13,192 nt of DNA, taken from IMG/VR virus record IMGVR_UViG_3300010163_002887; one strand, written 5' to 3'. Made by a program: the position numbers and the translations under genes. The stretch is from a virus. Its lineage: Duplodnaviria; Heunggongvirae; Uroviricota; Caudoviricetes. This document shows, in pieces, positions 1-7,000 of the stretch (positions within the stretch are counted from its first letter, which is position 1; each line of letters starts with the position of its first letter). The notes below the pieces were generated by a model. The model was not told the origin of the DNA, did no database searches, and was given only the letters and a program-made list of their open reading frames with translations.

Positions 1-1
1 T

Positions 2-313
2 AACAATAAATTTCTACAAGACGGACAGCCTTTGAAAATTAAGGCATACGGAAGAGGCGGGAAACTTCAAAACCAATACTCTCCTGGCCCCAAAAGCACC
101 TCCCCTCGCCCATCTCTTAGAAATTCAGATGATTATGAAAAAGAAGATCGGTACATCAATGTAATCATTAGAAAACTTCCGGTGGGTCAACAGGCATCTG
201 AGGAGGCAAAGCAACTTGCCAGTCAGTACGGATATGAATTGGAGCCTGGGCAAACCTTTGTCAGACCATTCATGAAACAGGTCTTTGTAAAAAAAGAAAC
301 GCAACCAAATTAA
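2..313 (+). CDS. 3' part of a hypothetical protein, 5'-truncated by the window edge
   Basis: Frame is open from nt 2 (NNKFLQDGQPLK...) to TAA at 311-313, so the TTG at 32 is probably not the start. The C-terminus IRKLPVGQQASEEAKQLASQYGYELEPGQTFVRPF looks protein-like. Confidence 0.75.
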   Translation, partial: NNKFLQDGQPLKIKAYGRGGKLQNQYSPGPKSTSPRPSLRNSDDYEKEDRYINVIIRKLPVGQQASEEAKQLASQYGYELEPGQTFVRPFMKQVFVKKETQPN

Positions 314-327
314 AAAATCGAAAACAC

Positions 328-356
328 TTGACTTTTCGACAGAGATCGAGTATAAT
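328..356 (+). promoter_or_regulatory. sigma70/sigmaA promoter P1
   Basis: TTGACT (328-333), 17-nt spacer, TATAAT (351-356). Confidence 0.85.
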
Positions 357-361
357 ATATG

Positions 362-458
362 TGTATTTTGTTTTTGGGATTCTGTATTTTTGTTTTCCGT
401 TCTCTCTTGTTTCTCTGTGTTGAACGATAGTCCTCTTTTGGGGACTATCGTTCATTTT
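362..458 (+). ncRNA. candidate ~95-nt small RNA or attenuator leader from P1
   Basis: Near-consensus promoter followed by a U-rich tract and a strong terminator. No RBS-bearing ORF inside. Confidence 0.4.
421..458 (+). terminator. intrinsic terminator T1
   Basis: Perfect 13-bp stem TGAACGATAGTCC (421-433) / GGACTATCGTTCA (442-454), followed by TTTT. Confidence 0.85.
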
Positions 459-552
459 AGGCGAAATCAATATCTCGAACATATACTTTGATAGATCACG
501 CCCGAATGCGAGGGTATTCCATGTTTGAGTATTTCAATGGAGGAATAATAGA

Positions 553-993
553 ATGAGTACTTTGCAGACAATTTTTATGTGTGGATCTGATATTGGATTT
601 TTTGTCGTCATGATATACAATATTGTCAAGAATATCAAAAAGCATTCTTTCTTTGTTGGTATCATTCTTGGTATTTTTAAAGGCACTCTTTTTGGTGCGG
701 TATGGCTTTTTGCATGGCCTGTAACGATGTGGGTATTCCTTTGGTATCTGTTTGTTAAACCTCATGGTGACTCACATACCAAACCGTATGATGATGATGA
801 TAAATCTGATGATGGCCGAACTCTATTGGATGACTTACTCTGCCTTCAAAGGGAGCCGATTTATAATATTTTTGGCGATGAAATTGGAACTGCAAGAACT
901 TTCGGGGACAAAATCTTTGACGTAGACGCTCCAGGAGTGTCAGCCGATGACATAGAACGAGATGCTTTTGGAGATTGGAGGATAAAATCTTAA
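553..993 (+). CDS. hypothetical membrane protein, 146 aa (2-3 N-terminal TM helices, acidic C-terminal part)
   Basis: GGAGG at 539-543 before ATG 553. Hydrophobic N-half and Asp-rich C-half. Confidence 0.8.
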   Translation: MSTLQTIFMCGSDIGFFVVMIYNIVKNIKKHSFFVGIILGIFKGTLFGAVWLFAWPVTMWVFLWYLFVKPHGDSHTKPYDDDDKSDDGRTLLDDLLCLQREPIYNIFGDEIGTARTFGDKIFDVDAPGVSADDIERDAFGDWRIKS

Positions 994-1040
994 TTACCTA
1001 TACCTTTACATACTGGAGTGCATTCTTCCATCAAAATCTG

Positions 1041-1069
1041 TTGACTTTTAGACGGCGACGCTGTACCAT
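1041..1069 (+). promoter_or_regulatory. sigma70/sigmaA promoter P2
   Basis: TTGACT (1041-1046), 17-nt spacer, TACCAT (1064-1069). Sequence resembles P1. Confidence 0.65.
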
Positions 1070-1074
1070 ATATA

Positions 1075-1134
1075 TGGTCTGTGGTTTTCCCCCTAATTTA
1101 GACGACAATCTCCTTTTGGAGGTTGTCGTCTTTT
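1075..1134 (+). ncRNA. candidate ~60-nt small RNA from P2
   Basis: Promoter followed within ~30 nt by a terminator hairpin. Confidence 0.35.
1100..1134 (+). terminator. intrinsic terminator T2
   Basis: 14-bp stem AGACGACAATCTCC / GGAGGTTGTCGTCT (one G:U pair), TTTT loop, T-tract after. Confidence 0.85.
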
Positions 1135-1221
1135 CTGTCCCCTACCACCCTCCAGCGCCTCCCCTCTCCCTTGCCCGACCATCTTGAGTCGATAATAATC
1201 AGCATTTTCTTCCGTAGAAGT

Positions 1222-1251
1222 TTGACAATTGACCATCGGTCGTGCTATACT
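1222..1251 (+). promoter_or_regulatory. promoter P3 with extended -10 and a palindrome in the spacer
   Basis: TTGACA (1222-1227), 18-nt spacer, TGc-TATACT (1243-1251). GACC-ATC-GGTC at 1231-1241. Confidence 0.75.
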
Positions 1252-1279
1252 ATCAAAATAGTGTGAAGGAGGTGCCACG

Positions 1280-1450
1280 ATGTCAGACAAGGAATTGATC
1301 GTCGTGACGATCGAGCACTATGGTGATTTGCAGCGGATCAAACAGGCCAATGGGGATCATTAAAATGAGGCTCTTGACTACGCCTTGAAGTTGACCGTCG
1401 CAAAGCTGTCGTCTCTGGGTGTGAATGTCGAAGATATCACACTTCGCTGA
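1280..1450 (+). pseudogene. small 56-codon gene interrupted by an in-frame TAA (not in the ORF track)
   Basis: AAGGAGGT RBS, ATG 1280. Reads MSDKELIVVTIEHYGDLQRIKQANGDH*NEALDYALKLTVAKLSSLGVNVEDITLR*, with TAA at 1361-1363 and TGA at 1448-1450. Resembles small ~55-aa clostridial hypothetical proteins (recollection, not searched). Confidence 0.7.
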
Positions 1451-1477
1451 GAGCAGTAGATTTGCCCTCGCATAAGC

Positions 1478-1504
1478 CCCCCCCTAACCGGGAGGGAACT
1501 TTTC
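1478..1504 (+). terminator. degenerate terminator after the small gene
   Basis: CCCCCCC-TAACC-GGGAGGG (one mismatch), then AACTTTT. Confidence 0.4.
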
Positions 1505-1661
1505 TTCCAAGGGCCTTCATGCGGGTTTCACTTGGGCGCTCCCACGCCTCCCTACCACACCTGCAAAGGCAAATCCGCTCCCCAAGTACCATCTCCGTCC
1601 TCTTCAACATCTTCTCGAAAATGTCAGACTAGAATTAGTATTATCTCTATCAGAGAAAATC

Positions 1662-1701
1662 TTGAAATAGAATGGGATTTGTGTTAGTATAGCAACAAAT
1701 C
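1662..1701 (+). promoter_or_regulatory. promoter P4 with an inverted-repeat operator straddling the -10
   Basis: TTGAAA (1662-1667), 17-nt spacer, TGt-TAGTAT (1682-1690). GATTTGT (1676-1682)-N12-ACAAATC (1695-1701). Confidence 0.5.
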
Positions 1702-1723
1702 ATATCAGAGAGGTAATGATTTC

Positions 1724-1921
1724 TTGTTAGAGTTTACTTTCAGTAACTACGATGAAACTTTTGTAAAAGAAAAGTATACTCTGCAACACCCAAATTGTTT
1801 CATTGTGGGTCTCTACAAGAGCCGCAGAGCTGTTCAGAACGCCATTCGACATGAACTAAGTTGGGCAGTTGAATTGAGCTATAGTTTCTATGTTGTCTTT
1901 GGGATAACAAATTGTACATAA
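1724..1921 (+). CDS. possible small hypothetical protein (65 aa, TTG start) or gene remnant
   Basis: GAGAGGT at 1708-1714 and promoter P4 lie upstream. No recognisable motif. Confidence 0.35.
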   Translation: MLEFTFSNYDETFVKEKYTLQHPNCFIVGLYKSRRAVQNAIRHELSWAVELSYSFYVVFGITNCT

Positions 1922-1998
1922 ATTATTCTGGTCAGCGTTACCGTTTTGCATTTTAGTGGAACGTTATAGAATAAGTTGGTATTAGGAGAGTATATATA

Positions 1999-2619
1999 AT
2001 GCATGGGAAAAATAGCAAGCATAGAGATGCCCCTGAATTCGAAGAAAATCTCATCGAATATGAAGCATTGAGGAATTCAATTCTACAATGTGAAAGCAGC
2101 ATTAAAAATGAAACAATTTATATGTATGTAACCTATTTTGCGTTAATTGCATTTGGCTTTGAACACAGTTGGATGTTTCTTGTTTCGTTTGTGGTGTTAA
2201 TTATTTTTCAAAACCAAATTAACGGAGACCGCCTTGCTATAGAGAAAATTTCTACATATATAAGAATATTCTTTGAAAATCAGCGAACGGACATTCATTG
2301 GGAAACGCTAAATAAAGACTTAAAGGGAATGAATTCCTATAGCAACTACATCAGAAATTTGGGCTGGTATATTGATAAGGCTGGTTCGTCTTTTTTAGCT
2401 GCTATTTCTCTTGTGGTATTAATTGTGAAGTTGTTACAATCAAACAAACAGCAAATAACAGCTCTCTCTACAATCCAACTTATATTAGGGTTCGTTTTAT
2501 TTATTATTGTGGTTTATATAAACAGTAAATTTTATTTGGCTAACAAAACATCTTTGATTTTTAATATTGAAAAGGAGTTTTCTGATTTTAAGAAAAGACA
2601 AAGTTCAAAAGAGGATTAG
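1999..2619 (+). CDS. hypothetical 4-TM membrane protein, 206 aa
   Basis: AGGAG RBS at 1984-1988. An EYEALRNSI helix precedes two TM hairpins separated by a YIRIFFE...HWE loop. AT-rich. Confidence 0.85.
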   Translation: MHGKNSKHRDAPEFEENLIEYEALRNSILQCESSIKNETIYMYVTYFALIAFGFEHSWMFLVSFVVLIIFQNQINGDRLAIEKISTYIRIFFENQRTDIHWETLNKDLKGMNSYSNYIRNLGWYIDKAGSSFLAAISLVVLIVKLLQSNKQQITALSTIQLILGFVLFIIVVYINSKFYLANKTSLIFNIEKEFSDFKKRQSSKED

Positions 2620-2640
2620 ATGTAATTTAATACTCCCATA

Positions 2641-2677
2641 AAATACTCCCCGCCTATTGGCGGGGAGCTTGATTTTT
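2641..2677. terminator. bidirectional intrinsic terminator (repeat copy A)
   Basis: 9-bp stem CTCCCCGCC-TATT-GGCGGGGAG (2646-2667). The minus-strand transcript continues TATTTTAT; the plus-strand continues CTTGATTTTT. Lies between convergent genes. Confidence 0.8.
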
Positions 2678-2715
2678 AATACCCAGTTTTGGGGAGGTTG
2701 ATCAGAATGTAGCTG
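2645..2715 (-). repeat. copy A: displaced duplicate of the adhesin 3' end plus terminator
   Basis: 64/71 identical to 3962-4032, no indels, offset 1317. Still reads SYILINLPKTGY* versus SYIPISLPKTGY*. Confidence 0.95.
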
Positions 2716-2790
2716 AATGTATACATTCCACCTCTTGCTCTAAGCAATTATTTGTTGAACACGATAAAAGCATCAAGAGAAAATTTAAAA

Positions 2791-2885
2791 GCAGTATTGT
2801 TTTCGTGACAAACCATCACTTACAAGGGAATGAGGTGTGGCTTATATTCCCATGCCTAAAGGCAGGGGTTTTACGTCACGCATAA
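2791..2885 (+). mobile_element. IS200/IS605-family right-end / TnpB omegaRNA-like remnant, no transposase or tnpB
   Basis: CTTATATTCCCATGCCTAAAGGCAGGGGTTTTACG...ATAA with a TGCC-TAAA-GGCA subterminal hairpin. Outer pairing CGTGACAAACC (2804-2814) with GGTTT-TAC-GTCACG (2867-2880). Family assignment is by recalled resemblance. Confidence 0.6.
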
Positions 2886-3623
2886 TTATGATTCAGTTGC
2901 CGTGTTGCGATTGTCTTTTGAACGGTTTCCCTCCAACTCTTTCCGCTTCCGATAAAGCTCAAAAATCATTGCAAATCTGGCATCTACAATGGGTTTTTCT
3001 TCGTTGTCAAATATCCACAAATTATCTTTGTCTGAAACCTTCACAATGTTTATGGCTTTATCTAAACTTATCACAGTGATTTTTGCTTTGACTCCTTTAT
3101 AGTGGTCTTCCCATGCCGCCGCAATATGATGCTGCCCATTGTGGATCAATGCCAATTCGATTTCGGGGAAATATATACCGTCAGGAGTGTCAGGGTCATG
3201 CATTTGGGATCGATAGCCCTCATCTCTAATATGTTTGAACGCTCCAAACATTTTTTTGTTTTCATATGGAAAAGCTACAACACGTTTACCTTCCAACGAA
3301 AAGTTTTCGTGTTCTTCTTCGTTTTTAAACACATCTGCGTCAATAAAAGGAACCAAACTGTATACATTAATCATTTTCTGCCCTTTGATATATCGTGACA
3401 TATATTCTGACTGAATATTTTTGATCAACACACGAAGCATAAAATCTATATATCCAATCAAATCATCTGTTGATGTAAATGTATTTTCCATTGAACGCAG
3501 TTGTTTAAGACAAAATCTTAACATTGAAGATTCGGGGCTGTCCTCTGGGAAAATCAAATCGTCAGCTCCAAAAGAGTTCGGGTTCTTGCTTTTGGATTTC
3601 TTCCAACAAAACTTTAAGTCCAT
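2886..3623 (-). CDS. hypothetical protein, 245 aa, DUF6710-like (possible ParB/Srx-like NGxH motif)
   Basis: GGAGG 9 nt upstream of ATG 3623. Motifs VVAFPY and GIYFPEIELALIHNGQHHIAAA recall DUF6710-type proteins. Overlaps the upstream ORF by 62 nt. Confidence 0.7.
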   Translation of the reverse strand: MDLKFCWKKSKSKNPNSFGADDLIFPEDSPESSMLRFCLKQLRSMENTFTSTDDLIGYIDFMLRVLIKNIQSEYMSRYIKGQKMINVYSLVPFIDADVFKNEEEHENFSLEGKRVVAFPYENKKMFGAFKHIRDEGYRSQMHDPDTPDGIYFPEIELALIHNGQHHIAAAWEDHYKGVKAKITVISLDKAINIVKVSDKDNLWIFDNEEKPIVDARFAMIFELYRKRKELEGNRSKDNRNTATES

Positions 3624-3924
3624 CTCTCATATCCTCCGTCCAATAAAGATCAAGCGTATCGCTTAAAAAACGACATGCGCTAATATAATTTCTCAATTTT
3701 ACAATGTAATACAGTCTGCTTAAGTTTTTCAAATAAAACATTGCGAAACCATTGCAGAATTTTTCTTCGTGAACCATCGGCGCTTTGCTGTTAGTTATGA
3801 TAATCAATACATCAACAAATGCTCTTTTCGCCGCCTGTTGATCCATTTCATTGCTTTCTTTGTAATAAGACCAATAAGGCATTAAGATGTCGGAAATAAT
3901 TTTTTGAACCGAATCTCGATCCAT
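3562..3924 (-). CDS. hypothetical all-helical protein, 120 aa (true start ATG 3924, not 4131)
   Basis: GAGAGGTG RBS lies 8 nt (GAGGT core) before ATG 3924 (MDRDSVQKII...). The longer track ORF runs through the terminator and the adhesin end. Confidence 0.65.
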   Translation of the reverse strand: MDRDSVQKIISDILMPYWSYYKESNEMDQQAAKRAFVDVLIIITNSKAPMVHEEKFCNGFAMFYLKNLSRLYYIVKLRNYISACRFLSDTLDLYWTEDMRDGLKVLLEEIQKQEPELFWS

Positions 3925-3961
3925 TGTAACCCACCTCTCAAAATTTATCAAGTTTTCTAAG

Positions 3962-4032
3962 ACTCCCCGCCTATTGGCGGGGAGCTTGTTGCTTAATACC
4001 CAGTTTTGGGAAGGCTGATCGGGATGTAGCTG
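3962..4032 (-). repeat. copy B: functional adhesin 3' end plus hairpin
   Basis: Partner of 2645-2715. Identical hairpin at 3963-3984, but followed on the minus strand by TCTTAGAAAAC (weak U-tract). Confidence 0.95.
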
Positions 4033-7000
4033 GGCATGTAGTTTGAGGGAACGTAGTTGGTGCTCACCGGCGCGGTCTTCACACTCGGGTTGACCACTTG
4101 CGCAGTCCACAGTCCGGTATCCGTTGTCCACGCGCTGCTGTTCCCCGACATCGCCGCAGACCCATCCCCATTCTGGAGGCCGGCGTCTACGATGACAATG
4201 GCTCCTGTGCTGGAGTAGGGGCTGGTGTTGTCGATGTGCTGCGTACTCTGGTTCACGGCATTCTGCTGACCGCCTACCTCAACGCTGGAGATTACCTTGT
4301 ATCCATTCGGAACGGTCGTCATGATGTACTGTGTCCAATAACCCTTCTGCGTCAGCGCGAATCCAGCAGGGACTTTGCCGAACTCAAGCCTGAGATCCGT
4401 CACGTACTCACCCGCCTGCAACCCGAGCGCCTGCGTGCTGATTCCATACTGATGAGTTGTGGTGGAAACTAGGTCACTTGCGAGGGTTTCGTAACCGCGC
4501 ATGTTGGTCTGATACATGATTTTGTATTTAGTCGGCAGATTCCATGCGCCAGTATTGAAGGCGACAGGGCGCGCGCAGTCGGTTGGGAACTTGATGTGCA
4601 TGAAGAAGTTTTCGAGCTGGACGTTGGAATCATTAGAGGCGGTGACAATATCAACCCGCATCGTCAGGCCAGCTTTGATCTTCTGATTGGACTGGAGCGT
4701 GACATTGGACGCGATATTAGTGCTTGTGACGGTCACAGCCTCTTGAACAATATCATTGTTCACACGAATCTGCATCTCGGGATTCCAGGTCTCGTTGATA
4801 GCATAGTAGGCCGGGGCCGAAATCATCTTCACACGGTAGAATCCTACAGGCAGTGCGGACGAGGCGGCGATACCCTGAACATTGGAGATCATCTGACCAA
4901 CGATTTGCTTTGTCTCCACATTCTCAATCTCAAACACGGCCCCATGCAGAGCGCTCCCAGCTTTCTTGTCCAGCGTTCGGTTGTAGTCAGCGGACGTTAC
5001 CTTGACTTGGAGCTGTCCTCCAGCCGTATACAGCGCCCACACAATGCTCGTCGTCTCACCCACAAGCGTGTTAATGCTCTTGGGGATGGTGTCGGGAATG
5101 TAGCCAGCAGGAGTGTTGAGCATTTCAATAGTGTAGCTGCCAACCGTCAGGGAATCATTCAGGTAGACATAACCATTGTTGTCTGTGGTAAGCTCCGCAA
5201 CGATCTGAGTCCCATCCTTGACGAGAAGTCGAACCCCATAGAGTCCTTTCTTTGTTGTCCCATCTACTACCTGGACTTTCATGGCAGAGTTTTTGTTTAC
5301 AGTGAAATCAACGCTTGTAATCGCGTCGGCTTTGACCTCAACCGTTCTTGGCGTTACGCTGGTAAACTGGAACCCGCTCGGCGCGGTCTTGGGGGTGATG
5401 ACATAGTGGCCGGGGATAAGCTGAGTGAAGAGAATCCCATTCTCCGCCCCCGTGAACTCCCCTACCAACTTCCCAGACACCGCATCCTTGATTGTGTAGA
5501 CAGCTTTGCCTACCTTTTCATTCGTCTCCGCACAAGTCGTTGTGATTTGCACACCATAGACATTGCCGTGCTTGAAGACCACAGTAGCGCCCGAGGTGAG
5601 AACCTGAACCTGCTGCTCTGCGGGGTTGGACTTGGTGTAGTTGTTGGGAGGAGTGACCTCGGTGACGATGTAGGTTCCGGGTTTGAGGGTGACACTAACC
5701 GAGCCGTCGCTGCCAGTCACATACTTCCCGCTGATGACAGCGCCCTCAAGAGTCTTGATGGAGACCTCCATACCAGCGATGCCCTTGTTCGCGGAATCGG
5801 TCGCCATGATCTTGAGAACCTGCTTGGCAACCAATTCAAATGTGTAGGTCGATTCAATTCCATCCTTGAGTTCGATGCTGGCCTCGCTGTCTCCAGCCAG
5901 GTTGACACCATCCGGGAACTTTACGACTTTTGCGCGATACGTTCCGGCCGCAATCCGATCCGTCTGAACAAGACCGGTCGTGTCGGAGACATAGGTGTTG
6001 ATGAGCGTCCCGTTGGCATCGTAGATCTCTACAGATACGCCCGAAACAGGCTGACGGGAATCCTTGTCAATGAAATGCAATGTAATGCTGGAGATTCTGG
6101 TATCCTGGAACGTAGCGTGAGCGGTTGTGCCGCCTCTGACATGGACAACCTGCGGCTTGGCATCCAGCGCGTAGCCAGTCGGCGCGACCAGCTCTGTGAC
6201 TGTGTAGAGTCCGTCAGACAGCCCATCAACAAGCGCCAGACCATCTTTCCCAGTCACGTACTCCCCTACCACAATCCCATCGGATTCACGCTTGACTTGG
6301 AATCGTGCGCCTTCCAACAGCAGGGAGGGCGTCTGGGCGTCGATCTTCTCAATCACCAGACCAGCGGTTTCATCCTTGAAATAGACAACGGCCTGCTCGC
6401 CGATCAGGACTTTCGCTTTCAGTTCAATGTCGATTTTCGTATATTTGTTCGGAGCATCCACCTGTTTGATGGTATACTCACCGGGAATCAACGTCCCAAC
6501 GACAATCGAACCAGTGGTGTCCGTGCGGCCGTCGAAGACAATGGTTTGGTCGGATTCGCGGATAACGATGAAATGCCCCTCGGCGAGATATTCGCCAGTA
6601 TGCTTATCCTGAAGGACAATTTTCAAACTTCCATTTTCATCATCCTTAAAGTCTACATAGGTGTGTTTGCCGTACTCAACCTGAATGGTCTTGGGGCATG
6701 GATACTTGGTGTATCCGTCAGGGGCCTGCGTCTCGGTGATGATGTAGAAACCCTCTTTCAGACCATACCAGTTCGCCTCGCCGTTCGCGTCTGTCTCTTG
6801 CAGACCCACCAGATCGGAGGTATCGGCATTTTCGAGCTTGAATACCGCGCCCGCGACAGGCTTGCCGCTCACGGAATCAATCTTGCGGACAGTCAGAGTA
6901 CCAGAGGCAACGTTTTCGATCACAAAATGGTTGTACTCCCCTGCTTTCACGCAGATACGGGTCTCTTCTTTCAGAATTTCATAGCCGACAGGGGCTTTGA

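Noticed and set aside
359-430. Hydrophobic 20-23-aa peptides inside RNA1 as a type I toxin
   Set aside because: The starts (ATG 359, GTG 361) lie at or before the expected transcription start and have no RBS. The hydrophobicity follows from T-richness. Leaderless translation cannot be excluded.
270-1290. Short ORFs 270-482, 496-765, 975-1187, 1093-1290
   Set aside because: They are antisense to better genes or run through promoters and terminators, and have no RBS.
2645-2671. Hairpin ending GGAGCTTG as a HEARO/IscB omegaRNA 5' end
   Set aside because: The loop is TATT, the GTCAA start is missing, no iscB follows, and its position after a stop codon with a U-tract fits a terminator.
2837-3666. 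Plus-strand ORFs 2837-3079, 3102-3398, 3421-3666
   Set aside because: Antisense to the cassette genes. The first starts inside the IS-end hairpin region, and none looks TnpB-like.
2645-4032. Repeat pair as a diversity-generating retroelement TR/VR
   Set aside because: On the coding strand only 3 of 7 mismatches have A in copy A and 1 has A in copy B. The repeat includes the terminator, and there is no reverse transcriptase in the window.
3925-4131. N-terminal extension of ORF 3562-4131
   Set aside because: It overlaps the adhesin end and hairpin B. A good RBS precedes ATG 3924.
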